A stretch of DNA of 64,000 nucleotides from an uncultured bacterium (GTDB lineage Bacteria > Patescibacteriota > Minisyncoccia > Minisyncoccales > UBA5738): the NCBI GenBank assembly GCA_903847095.1, contig CAINCQ010000024.1:126618-190617 (forward strand), in the 5' to 3' direction. Numbering within the stretch: position 1 is the stretch's first letter; every line of letters starts with the position of its first letter. Position numbers and translations under genes: made by a program. The notes under the pieces were generated by a model. The model saw only the letters and a list, made by a program, of their open reading frames with translations. It made no database searches and was not told where the DNA came from. This document shows positions 20,451 to 29,814 of the stretch, piece after piece.

Positions 20451-21908
20451 TTGCAAATTTCAAAAGATATGGCTAAAGAAAAATATTATATTACTACCGC
20501 TATCGATTATGTGAACGCCAATCCCCATTTGGGCCACGCGATGGAGAAGATCCAAGCGGATGTGCTGGCTCGTTATTATCGTTCCATTGGGGAGGAGGTG
20601 CGTTTTGTGTCGGGAACCGACGAGAACAGCCTTAAGAACGTGCAGGCTGCCGAACGCGCGGGGAAACCCGTGCAAGAGGTTGTGGACGCCAATGCCGGTA
20701 TATTTCGCGCTATGAGTGGGGCACTCGAGCTGTCGTACGACGATTTTATCCGTACCACCGAAAAACGCCATATCGGCGCGGCGCAAAAGTTATGGCAGGC
20801 GTGCGCCAGGGATATTTATAAAAAAACCTATAGCGGTTTGTATTGCGTGGGGTGCGAAGAATATTATAAAGTCGAGGATCTGGAAAATGGATTATGCCCG
20901 GAGCATAAAAAAAAGCTCGAGTTGGTGGAAGAAGAAAATTATTTCTTCAGACTTTCCGCGTACCAGGGCCGGATCAAGGAACTTATCGAAAACGGCTCTA
21001 TCCGGATAATTCCCAAAGGCCGCGAGAACGAGGTGACCAGTTTCATTGATTCGGGCGTGGAAGATATCTGCGTGTCTCGTTCGAGTGTCCGAGCGAAGGG
21101 TTGGGGTATTCCCGTTCCGGGAGATCCAACGCAAATCATGTGGGTATGGTTCGATGCTCTTAGCAGCTATATCGGTGTTTTGGGTTATGGTGCCGATGAG
21201 GCGCTGTTTGAACAATGGTGGCAGAATAATCCGCACATTACCCATGTTATCGGTAAAGGGATTGTGCGTTTCCACGCGGTTTACTGGATCGGAATGCTTT
21301 TGTCGGCGGGTTTACGGGTTCCCAGCCGGATTTTTGTCCATGGTTATATTACCAGCGAAGGACAGAAAATGTCGAAGAGCTTGGGTAATGTGGTTGATCC
21401 GTTCGCGCTTGTTGAACGGTATGGGGCCGACGCGGTGCGTTATTTTTTGTTGCGGGAGATCCCATCCACCGAGGACGGCGATTTCAGCGTAGCGCGTTTC
21501 GAAGACCGTTATAACGCTGATTTGGCTAAGGGGCTGGGAAATTTCGCTTCGCGCGTTGTCACTATCGCGGCGAAAATGGAGGCGTTGAACATCCGTGATT
21601 TCGGTGATGTCTCAAAAGAAGTTGCCAAAGCGAAAGAGTGTTGCGGCTTGGCCTTGCGGGAATGCAAATTCAACGAAGCGCTCGCGTCGATTTGGGAATT
21701 GATCGGATTTTGCGACCGCTACATCGAAAAAAAACAGCCTTGGAAGACCAACGACAAAACCAGTGTTGCCAACTTGATGTACGCGTTGGAAGAAATAGGG
21801 AAATTGATCGAGCCTTTTATGCCCGAAACTTCACAAAAGATTGTGAGAATGGCCAGAGGGGAGAAAATGGTTTTATTCCCCAGGATCGAAAAAATCGGCC
21901 AAACATAG
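20451..21908 (+). CDS. metG: Methionine--tRNA ligase
   Basis: HLGH (NANPHLGHAME) and KMSKSLGN; 4-Cys knuckle CVGCEEYY...CPEHK. Confidence 0.9.
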   Translation: MQISKDMAKEKYYITTAIDYVNANPHLGHAMEKIQADVLARYYRSIGEEVRFVSGTDENSLKNVQAAERAGKPVQEVVDANAGIFRAMSGALELSYDDFIRTTEKRHIGAAQKLWQACARDIYKKTYSGLYCVGCEEYYKVEDLENGLCPEHKKKLELVEEENYFFRLSAYQGRIKELIENGSIRIIPKGRENEVTSFIDSGVEDICVSRSSVRAKGWGIPVPGDPTQIMWVWFDALSSYIGVLGYGADEALFEQWWQNNPHITHVIGKGIVRFHAVYWIGMLLSAGLRVPSRIFVHGYITSEGQKMSKSLGNVVDPFALVERYGADAVRYFLLREIPSTEDGDFSVARFEDRYNADLAKGLGNFASRVVTIAAKMEALNIRDFGDVSKEVAKAKECCGLALRECKFNEALASIWELIGFCDRYIEKKQPWKTNDKTSVANLMYALEEIGKLIEPFMPETSQKIVRMARGEKMVLFPRIEKIGQT

Positions 21909-21964
21909 ACGCAAACCGCCGATCGCTTAGCTTGACAGAATAACATATTTAATTTATAGTAAGG

Positions 21965-22294
21965 ATGGTGATCATCTTGACGACAAGTCTTTTGGATTTT
22001 GGTTTAAATCTTGATCCCGACGGGGTGTTTCCCGGATTAGGCAGATTGGAAAAAGAGGAATGGCGCAAAAAAATCCTCGTAAAATATTTTATGAATATCG
22101 GGCCTTTTTTTGCGGGTTTGATTCTGATTTTACTGACCTCGGATTTAGGTAGTATTAGCGGCGTTAACCTGTTTTATTCCGCCATTATCTTTTTGTTGTG
22201 TGTTGGTGCGTCCTTTTATTTTACAAGAAAAGACGCTTTAAATTATCGGACCCTGGTTTGGATGGCAAGTACTGTGGAACAAATTAAAGATTAA
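21965..22294 (+). CDS. Hypothetical small membrane protein
   Basis: two predicted TM helices; followed by a terminator. Confidence 0.3.
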   Translation: MVIILTTSLLDFGLNLDPDGVFPGLGRLEKEEWRKKILVKYFMNIGPFFAGLILILLTSDLGSISGVNLFYSAIIFLLCVGASFYFTRKDALNYRTLVWMASTVEQIKD

Positions 22295-22324
22295 CAGCGG
22301 AATTTGATAGCCGCTGTTTTTTTG
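22295..22324 (+). terminator. Rho-independent terminator
   Basis: cagcggaatttgatagccgctgttttttt. Confidence 0.6.
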
Positions 22325-22586
22325 ACTTGTATTTTTTGATATTATTTGATAAATTGATTCTGTTAAGATTTATTAAAATTTTTAACGGAAAAAATGAATT
22401 CTTTGACCAAACAAAATTTTTGGTTTAGCAATTACTTTATTCGGACTCGTTGTCCGGGAACTTTTCGTTTGTAATCGCTAAATCAACACTGGCAAACGGC
22501 AAATTCTCAGACAATGAGAATTTTTTGTTTTTTACGTTCATTGCCTGGGATCAGAACCTTAATAATCGAATAAGAGGGGGAAGGAA

Positions 22587-23057
22587 ATGAAAAACAGACA
22601 AATAAGCCGTTTTGGACAAGTGGCAAGAATTTTGAATCGCGAAAACAGCATTGTGGTCGATCCGCGAGGCGTTGAAGGTAATGTTTCCGGCGACGTCAAA
22701 GCCGCTTGGTATTTGGGCAAGGAAGGCGGTTACCAGAGGCGCATTACCGCGCCCTGGCTGGTTGATCCGCTCCTTGCGATCACGGGTGAACTACGGATGA
22801 AATTGTTCATTTTAAAGCCGCGCGATCTTCAAGGCGCGCATTATCTTGCTTGCCTCATAGGCCGGGATAAGAATTTCGGCTTGGGTTATTACCGCCTGGA
22901 TATTGCGGGATTAACGCACGATCAGAAGGTTGCTTTGCCGATCATCAAGCAGGCGGCGCGGGAGGCTAAAGGGAATTACCAAGCCGGTATCTCGATATGG
23001 GTTCGCGATAAGTATTATCCGACCATGGTTGAAATACGGGATTCATTGTTGGCATAG
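22587..23057 (+). CDS. Hypothetical protein
   Basis: 156-aa ORF preceded by GGGGGAAGG RBS-like sequence. Confidence 0.4.
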   Translation: MKNRQISRFGQVARILNRENSIVVDPRGVEGNVSGDVKAAWYLGKEGGYQRRITAPWLVDPLLAITGELRMKLFILKPRDLQGAHYLACLIGRDKNFGLGYYRLDIAGLTHDQKVALPIIKQAAREAKGNYQAGISIWVRDKYYPTMVEIRDSLLA

Positions 23058-23129
23058 GCTGGATACAAATTCAGCCTTTTTTATTGGGAAATACCGATCG
23101 CGGAGTCAAATGAAAAATATAAAATTTTC

Positions 23130-23158
23130 TTGACAGGGCGGGGCGTATTCGATATATT
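23130..23158 (+). promoter_or_regulatory. Sigma-70-like promoter (TTGACA-17 bp-TATATT)
   Basis: exact consensus -35 hexamer at 23130-23135 and -10 TATATT at 23153-23158 with 17-bp spacing; no protein gene directly downstream. Confidence 0.5.
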
Positions 23159-23165
23159 GAATTAT

Positions 23166-23335
23166 AGTCAAAGAATTCATGAAAAGCCTAAACCGCCAAT
23201 TTAACAACAACGTCTTGTTGTTGGTGCTGGGAGTCCTTATTAACGAGGAGGGTTTTCTTTTTGGCGAAAGTTAGACAAAATAAGTGCTTCAGCCGAAAAG
23301 AAAGCCCTTCCAAAAGAAGGGTTTTCTGTTTTTAA
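23166..23335 (+). ncRNA. Candidate small noncoding RNA (unknown family) from the consensus promoter to a hairpin/T-run terminator
   Basis: promoter at 23130-23158; internal hairpins (caacaacgtcttgttgttg); terminator gcccttccaaaagaagggttttctgttttt at 23304-23335; only a 33-codon ORF present. Confidence 0.35.
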
Positions 23336-23679
23336 TCTCCGCCGGAATTAATCTTGGCGGAGATGAAAGATAGAAAAAAGGGGTAGTTTAACAAAACCGC
23401 AGCCGCCCACAAGCGGCCCGCGGTAAGCCGGGGGAAACCTTACTTCGGCAGAGAACGCCTTTCCCATCATAGAAAGGAAGTGAGGGTAAGCTCGTTTTGA
23501 GCAGGCCCTTCTACCTTGCCTTCCAAAAGAAGGCTATAGCACTTTTAGTATCAGCACCCATCATATATTAAAGTCCCTTCCGGGGACTTTAGTTTTTTTT
23601 GATCCTTTAATGCGGCAGCCAGCCGGAAGATTGGCACGATTGAATTATTGGCCAAATCATTTAAAATAAATTTAAATCT

Positions 23680-24954
23680 ATGGGAAAAGAAAACTCCAGG
23701 GGTATTAAAAAACAATGTGTTTTCATTGGCAGATTCCAGCCGTTTCATAACGGTCATTTGGAAGTGATTAAATGGATTCTTAAACAGAATTTGAATCTGT
23801 CGATTGTCATCGGCAGCCTTCAGGAATATGGGACCTTTAAAAATCCACTTAAATTTTTTGAACGCAAAATTATCCTCGAGCGCGTCTTGAAAGCGGAAGG
23901 CATCAAAGGAGTGGAGATTTTTGGCTTGCCGGATTTTAAAAATGACGTTGCCTGGGGAAAAAAGCTTGGAGAAATAATAAACAAGGATCCAAAAGAAACA
24001 TCGGTTGTGACCCTGAATCCTTGGCCGGCGGCCGCCGCGAAAGCGGCCGGATTTTCCGGATCGGAACATCCGGTTTTTTTTGATGGTCTTTCGGCGACCG
24101 CTGTCCGGGATAAGATCTTTAAGGGTGAAGTTTGGGAGGATCTCGTTCCGCCCCAAGTAGTTTCTTATTTAAAGGAAACCGGAGGCGTCGAAAAGATCAA
24201 AGTATCTCAGCTACCTCTTGACCAAAGGATCGCGGAATTCATTTTAAAAAGCATGGAGCAGTCAAAAACCAGGGGCGCTGTTTTGGCGGTGTCGGGAGGG
24301 ATCGATTCGGCCTTGGTGGCGGCTATAGCCAAAAAAGCGCTGGGGAAAAAGGTTAATTTTGTTTTTCTGCCCTTTTTTAAAACCTGCCCTTTCAGGAAGA
24401 ATGTGATTTTACTTGAAGAGTCCTTGAAAATACGGGTAAGAAAGATCCATTTGGAAAAGATCATGGATGATTTTGTCAAATTAATGCCTTCCGGAGGAAA
24501 TTTAGTCTACGGAAATTTGAAGCCAAGGATCAGAATGGCCGTGGTTTATTATCTGGCCAATTTGAAAAAATTGCTGGTTTTGGGAACTACCAACCGTTCG
24601 GAACTGGAAATAGGTTATTTTACCAAGTACGGGGACGGAGGGGTTGACATCGAACCGATCGCCGATCTTTACAAAACCGAAGTGTTTGAATTGGCCAAGG
24701 AACTCAAGATCCCTTCCGATATCATCGCCACCGCTCCGACCGCGGCTTTATGGCCCGGCCAGACCGACGAGAAAGAATTGGGGGTGACTTATTTCGAGCT
24801 CGATACGGTGCTGAAAATGATCAATTTGGGCTTTGAAAAAAAAGAAATCCTTTATTTGACCGGCGTTAAAGAGGCAAAACTGGAAAAGATCCTGGCCAGA
24901 AAAATCGCGAATGCCCATAAGCTTGTTTCTCCTCCAAAGTGCATTTTGAAATAA
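23680..24954 (+). CDS. nadE: Bifunctional protein: archaeal-type NMN adenylyltransferase (NadM-like) fused to NH3-dependent NAD+ synthetase (NadE)
   Basis: N-terminal GRFQPFHNGH nucleotidyltransferase motif (NadM-like); C-terminal PP-loop SGGIDSALVAAIAKKALG and NadE-like region. Confidence 0.7.
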   Translation: MGKENSRGIKKQCVFIGRFQPFHNGHLEVIKWILKQNLNLSIVIGSLQEYGTFKNPLKFFERKIILERVLKAEGIKGVEIFGLPDFKNDVAWGKKLGEIINKDPKETSVVTLNPWPAAAAKAAGFSGSEHPVFFDGLSATAVRDKIFKGEVWEDLVPPQVVSYLKETGGVEKIKVSQLPLDQRIAEFILKSMEQSKTRGAVLAVSGGIDSALVAAIAKKALGKKVNFVFLPFFKTCPFRKNVILLEESLKIRVRKIHLEKIMDDFVKLMPSGGNLVYGNLKPRIRMAVVYYLANLKKLLVLGTTNRSELEIGYFTKYGDGGVDIEPIADLYKTEVFELAKELKIPSDIIATAPTAALWPGQTDEKELGVTYFELDTVLKMINLGFEKKEILYLTGVKEAKLEKILARKIANAHKLVSPPKCILK

Positions 24955-24955
24955 C

Positions 24956-25897
24956 ATGGATATTTTAAGCGCTTTAGTGATTATAATCGGGTTGATTGTT
25001 TTTGAGATCGTAAACAGTGTAGACAATGCCATCGTCAATGCTCATGTTTTAAAGACGATGAACCAGCGATGGCGGAAGATTTTTCTTTTCTGGGGCTTAC
25101 TTATCGCGGTTGTCGTCGTCCGCGGGATCCTGCCTTTTTTGGTGGTTTGGCTCACTGTTCCCGGGATAGGATTTGTCGAAGCGTTCCAAGCCATGTTTTC
25201 CGGTTCTCCTTATGTGGCTGGGGCAATCGATTCGGGAAAACCGTTGATCCTTATGGGGGCGGGGGTATTTCTTTTTTTACTCTATTTGCACTGGCTGTTT
25301 TTGGAGGAAAAGCGGCCGTTTTTCGTTACCGATAAATTCATCAAGCCAAATTACGGGATCTGGTTTTTTGCCTGTACCGCATTGCTCCTGGTAGGTCTTT
25401 TATACATGGCGCGCCAAAATCCGGTCTTGATGCTTTCAGCTTCCATCGGTAATGCCGCCTTTTTCATTCTTTATGGTTTTCGGGAGCAAGCGGAAAAACA
25501 ATCGGAGGTTTTAAAAGAGAAAGCGGTCGAGATGAGCAATTTTTCCAAGTTTTTATATCTGGAAGTGCTTGACGCTTCATTTTCTTTCGATGGCGTTTTG
25601 GGTGCTTTTGCTTTTACCACTGCCGTTCCGTTGATTCTGATCGGCAACGGCATAGGCGCTTTGATAGTAAGGGAGCTTACGATCAGGGGGGTCGATAGGG
25701 TGGCCAGTTATAAGTTTTTGAAAAACGGAGCTATGACCTCGATCGGATTTTTGGGATTGATTATTATCTCGGAAAGCTTTGGCTTGGAATTTCCCGGTTT
25801 TCTGCCGACAGCGATAACTTTACTATTCGTCGGAGTCGCTTTTTTTGCCTCCCGGAGTTTGAATCAGAAGGAAAATAATTTATCCATACCGTTATGA
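24956..25897 (+). CDS. TerC/DUF475-like integral membrane protein
   Basis: two repeats of the E-x-x-S-x-D-N/G motif (EIVNSVDNAIV; EVLDASFSFDGVLGAF); multi-pass membrane protein. Confidence 0.45.
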   Translation: MDILSALVIIIGLIVFEIVNSVDNAIVNAHVLKTMNQRWRKIFLFWGLLIAVVVVRGILPFLVVWLTVPGIGFVEAFQAMFSGSPYVAGAIDSGKPLILMGAGVFLFLLYLHWLFLEEKRPFFVTDKFIKPNYGIWFFACTALLLVGLLYMARQNPVLMLSASIGNAAFFILYGFREQAEKQSEVLKEKAVEMSNFSKFLYLEVLDASFSFDGVLGAFAFTTAVPLILIGNGIGALIVRELTIRGVDRVASYKFLKNGAMTSIGFLGLIIISESFGLEFPGFLPTAITLLFVGVAFFASRSLNQKENNLSIPL

Positions 25898-26745
25898 GAA
25901 TCATTGATTCCCACGCTCATCTTAATTTTACGGATTTTGCCAAAGACTATAAGCAGGTGATCGAAAAATGCCGCGATGAAGGTATTTCGATCGTTAATGT
26001 GGGTACTAACTATTTAACCTCGGAAAAAGCCGTAAAAATCGCCAAAACCGAAAAAGATGTTTACGCGGCAATCGGTTTGCACGCGTTAAACATCAGCCAT
26101 TCGGAAGTTGAAAAGAAGGTTTGCGAACATTCGGACGGTTCGGTTCTTGAAAAACCGGAAGATTTTCTGGAATGCGAATTCGATTACGAATTATACAAAA
26201 ATTTGGCGCGATCGGATAAAGTGGTGGCAATAGGGGAGGTTGGCCTCGATTATTATTACAAACCAAAAGCCAACATCGATCCGGAGGCATTCAAAAAAAA
26301 GCAGCTGGAAATTATGAAGCGGCAAGTTAAGCTGGCACGGGAATTGGATCTGCCGGTCATATTTCACGTGCGGATGGCTCATGCCGACTTGATCCAATTT
26401 CTGGAGGACGAACGAAAATCGGGGAAAAAGATCCGCGGGGTCATCCATTGTTTCACCGGGACGCCGGAGCAGGCAAAAACTTATCTTGATTTCGGTTTAT
26501 TCATCGGTTTAAACGGCATAATTTTTAAAATGGATCTCGATCGGGTGATCGCTAAACTTCCGAGCGATCGCATTGTCGTTGAGACCGATTGTCCTTATCT
26601 TGCGCCGCTAAAGAGCGGAGGAAGAAACGAGCCGTCGAATATAAAATACGTGATTGAGAGAATCGCAAAAATCCGGAATGAAGAGATCGCAAAGATCGAG
26701 AAATATTCAAGCGAAAACACAAAAAAATTGTTTTCGATCGTTTAA
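25894..26745 (+). CDS. tatD: TatD family metal-dependent hydrolase (DNase)
   Basis: N-terminal IDSHAHL, internal GEVGLDYYY and HCFTG motifs. Confidence 0.8.
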   Translation: MRIIDSHAHLNFTDFAKDYKQVIEKCRDEGISIVNVGTNYLTSEKAVKIAKTEKDVYAAIGLHALNISHSEVEKKVCEHSDGSVLEKPEDFLECEFDYELYKNLARSDKVVAIGEVGLDYYYKPKANIDPEAFKKKQLEIMKRQVKLARELDLPVIFHVRMAHADLIQFLEDERKSGKKIRGVIHCFTGTPEQAKTYLDFGLFIGLNGIIFKMDLDRVIAKLPSDRIVVETDCPYLAPLKSGGRNEPSNIKYVIERIAKIRNEEIAKIEKYSSENTKKLFSIV

Positions 26746-26761
26746 AGAAAAAACTGCTGGT

Positions 26762-27268
26762 TCAGCAGTTGTGTCGGGAATTTATCTTTTCGATAAATCC
26801 TCCATAAAAGCGGAGATGGGCCATTGTCCGGTCGTTGGTTTCCTCTATTTGAGGTTTGATGATCTTCTCGTAGCCTTCTACCTGGTCAATGCGGAATCCA
26901 GATTGGCGGGGATTGATATAAACGTATTTTTTTCCTTCAAACCGTTCTGGACCCCGGGCGCCCAAGCTTGTTCCGTTTCTAAAGGCTTTTGATAAAACGT
27001 TGTTAAGGAATGATTTGGCTTGTTTTTCGCAGAACCCCAGATAGTGGAACGTCCAAATCGGTTCTTCGTCTTTAAAAATATTTATCATGCCCGAAAGGCC
27101 GTTGGTCAAAGAGTTTTCGCAATATGTTTCGGCGAGAAAATAGTCTCCCTTACGGAAAACAAACATTTTGTGACCGGGAACGACACTTCCTGTTTCGGTT
27201 TTGGTTCCCGAAGACCAGCGCTTTGCCATGGCCTTCCAGTAAAATTCCCTTATTTCTTTTTCGTTCAA
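26762..27268 (-). CDS. Hypothetical protein
   Basis: 168-aa ORF, no recognisable motif. Confidence 0.35.
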   Translation of the reverse strand: MNEKEIREFYWKAMAKRWSSGTKTETGSVVPGHKMFVFRKGDYFLAETYCENSLTNGLSGMINIFKDEEPIWTFHYLGFCEKQAKSFLNNVLSKAFRNGTSLGARGPERFEGKKYVYINPRQSGFRIDQVEGYEKIIKPQIEETNDRTMAHLRFYGGFIEKINSRHNC

Positions 27269-27387
27269 CGTTTTGATGCCTCCAAAGGAGCTGATAAAAA
27301 ACTAGTACGGATTGGCAAAAGAGTCAAGGTTGGCCGCCGTTGATCGGTATCGCAAATTTTTCAAGAATGATTCCGTCATATTTGTCG

Positions 27388-27945
27388 TTAATTAGGATTA
27401 TCAGAGCCAGATCTCGCCTCATTTTTTATAAAGTCGATAGTTTTATACGTGAGCCAGCCCGTAACTATTCCCAGCAGGGCGCCGGCCAAAATATCGGATG
27501 GCCAGTGTACTCCGACAAAGATTCTGGCCAAGCTTATGGTCGCGGCGGCGGCGAAAAAAAACACTCCCATTTTTTTGTCGTAACAATAAATGGCGGTCGC
27601 GGCGGAGAAAAAGAACAAAGCGTGGCCGGAAGGAAAGGACTGGAAATCTTCGCCGGGCGTGGCAACCAGCTGATGAGCCAAAAAATCTCCGGCGTAAGGC
27701 CGAGGATTGGAATAAAATATTAGGATCAAGCCTTTGACCGCAAAGCGGGCCAGGAGGGCGGCCAAGACCGCGGTGAAGGCCATAAAAACCTTCTTTGTTT
27801 TTTTTGTTGAGAATACAACAAAAACAAGGAATAGCCCCAAAAGATATTGAAAATATTCGGCAAAAAAAATCCCGGCTTGATCCAAAATAGGCCAATGACC
27901 GGCCAAGCCGTTGATCGAGTTGAAAATGACTAGGTTTAAGTCCAT
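27388..27945 (-). CDS. PAP2 family membrane phosphatase
   Basis: PAP2 motifs KxxxxxxRP-like, PSGH (FPSGHALF) and SRxxxxxHxxxD (LARIFVGVHWPSD). Confidence 0.7.
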   Translation of the reverse strand: MDLNLVIFNSINGLAGHWPILDQAGIFFAEYFQYLLGLFLVFVVFSTKKTKKVFMAFTAVLAALLARFAVKGLILIFYSNPRPYAGDFLAHQLVATPGEDFQSFPSGHALFFFSAATAIYCYDKKMGVFFFAAAATISLARIFVGVHWPSDILAGALLGIVTGWLTYKTIDFIKNEARSGSDNPN

Positions 27946-28391
27946 TTAAAGCTTTGTCGTTAAAACCGTTTCGTATTTTTTGGAAAAAATCGAGTTTAGG
28001 GTAATATCAATACAAAATGCCTTGACTCGTGTTGGTGATTGACTCCGCCCGCCCTTTATCGGGTTTCGGCAAGACAAAATTGCCGAAACGGACCTTCGGC
28101 GGTGTAGCTCTGCTTCGGCGGACCAAAGGCGGCAAGCGAATATTTTTTGGAAAAAACTGCTGAAAACTAATTTGGAGTCGGCAGGGCAAACTTGCCTGTC
28201 CGCCTTTGGAGGAGAATTGTCCTGCCTTGGTTTCTGTTTTGCCCGCAGGAGGGGTCTGACGAGGAATTCGGGCGGTTTTTTTAACCTTTTCTTTTTTCGT
28301 TTCCGAATTGTGGGCCAGTGGAGCTGGTGCGCAAAATAAAAAACCTAATCAAAAAATTGAAATGTAAATAATATACCAAGCAAGCTAAAAA

Positions 28392-28601
28392 TTATGCTTT
28401 ACGGCAAAGTTGTCCCAGGGCCACAGTAACATAAACAGCGCTCAAACCAACAAGCGCGTATACTCCGCGGGATAATGCCGACATATCGCCGAAAATTGTT
28501 GCGACAAGATCAAAATTAAATAGGCCTACCAACCCCCAATTTAATCCCCCCACAACAACAAGTACTAAGGCAACCCAGTCAAACACATTTAGATTTTTCA
28601 T
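28392..28601 (-). CDS. DUF378 family small membrane protein
   Basis: 69 aa; LVVVGGLNWGLVGLFNFDLVA... is typical of DUF378. Confidence 0.5.
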   Translation of the reverse strand: MKNLNVFDWVALVLVVVGGLNWGLVGLFNFDLVATIFGDMSALSRGVYALVGLSAVYVTVALGQLCRKA

Positions 28602-28753
28602 ATTTTTATTTCTTAAATTAATTTATCAATTTTTGACCTTATATCGACTTTATAAAGCCTTTTTTAATTATAAATTATTTTTTTATAATTATCTACGCTT
28701 GTAATTTTTCTGTTTCCTGATATCCCAAAAAAGTCGGGTATGCGCGCCATCTA

Positions 28754-29095
28754 TCAAATATCAATCCGGCATTCGCACGGCTTTCTGTTGAGAATTATTT
28801 TTTGATCGTTTATCGCGTTAATGAAAACTCGCTGACTGCCGGAACCGGTGGCGAATTTTTTATCAAGCGGGGTATGGTGTTTATACCCACGTCGAGAAAA
28901 CTCTTTTACCAATATCTCATGACGATTGTAGAGAGCTTTTTGTTTACCCGTCCAACGCAAGGTTTCCGGATGCCTTGAGTAGCCTCCTTTACTTTTGTGT
29001 TTAGTCAGAATATTCCAAAGTCCATGAAGTTCGCGATGTTCGGCAAGCAAGTGTTTTCGGCACAAATATTTTGGATGTATGTCCCAGATGCGCAT
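28754..29095 (-). CDS. Pyrimidine-dimer DNA glycosylase family protein (T4 endonuclease V-like)
   Basis: N-terminus MRIWDIHPKYLCRKHLLAEHRELHGLWNIL matches the conserved Pyr_excise signature. Confidence 0.55.
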   Translation of the reverse strand: MRIWDIHPKYLCRKHLLAEHRELHGLWNILTKHKSKGGYSRHPETLRWTGKQKALYNRHEILVKEFSRRGYKHHTPLDKKFATGSGSQRVFINAINDQKIILNRKPCECRIDI

Positions 29096-29191
29096 CGGCG
29101 TTAATTTATTTTTTATAAATAATTCTTCCCGTAAAAAATATAAACAACATTAAGCAAGCCATTACTGCGCTAATTACGCTTGTATTGCCCA

Positions 29192-29784
29192 TCAAAACCA
29201 CCAACGGACAGGTGCTTGAGTATTATTCCCAAACGAGTGCCAAACATAGTCGCCAATGCCAAATCCGTTCCAGCCAATACTCACCCAAAATACCGCGAAA
29301 TTAGCAATGGCCGTCACCGTAATCCAGCCAAAGTAGACGCCAAAAGAGTAGAAACGAATATTTTTTCCCGCATCGTTATTTGTTCCACGCAAAGATTATC
29401 GGCAATCTTAATAAGGAGGATGAGGAGTACCGCCATAATCAGCACCGATGGGCCGATCAAATCGTAATGCTAGGCAAAGATCCGCGAGATATTGGAGAAG
29501 CGAAGTGCCGATAAAAAAATATTAACCTTCTTCAAAATATCTTCTTTCTTTTGATTGCTCTCTTTTTCAGATGATAAGAATTGATAGAGAAAATATCCGG
29601 CAAGCAGAAGGTAGATCAAGCCCCAAATGGAAAACGTCAGCCCAGCCGGCGCGAATAGATTGGAATAAGCGTTTATCGCGCCGGTTGACCGGTTATTGAT
29701 CGGCAAACCGTTGGCCAAAAAATTCACTACCACCACGGCGACATAAGCCAACCCGGCAATAATTTTGATAAGCACATTTTTCAT
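29192..29784 (-). pseudogene. Possible disrupted TspO/MBR-like tryptophan-rich membrane protein gene (in-frame TAG plus frameshift)
   Basis: ORF 29470..29784 (TM1-TM2) ends at TAG; its frame continues as a hydrophobic helix (HYDLIGPSVLIMAVLLILLIKIA) before stopping; a different frame then encodes a Trp-rich C-terminal segment (29192..29392). Confidence 0.35.
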
Positions 29785-29814
29785 ATTATTATTGGCTGGT
29801 TGTCTTATATAAGA

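Noticed and set aside
23336-23605. RNase P RNA, SRP RNA or 6S RNA in the structured region upstream of nadE
   Set aside because: A faint resemblance to the RNase P P10-P12 region, but the universally conserved P4 strands (AGGAAAGUCCGGGC / ACAGAANCCGGCUUA) and the SRP helix-8 motif are absent. The length is also too short for RNase P. Left as an unassigned structured RNA.
23551-24156. 201-aa minus-strand ORF overlapping nadM-nadE
   Set aside because: It lies antisense to a well-supported conserved gene, has low-complexity composition and no RBS, so it is a spurious shadow ORF.
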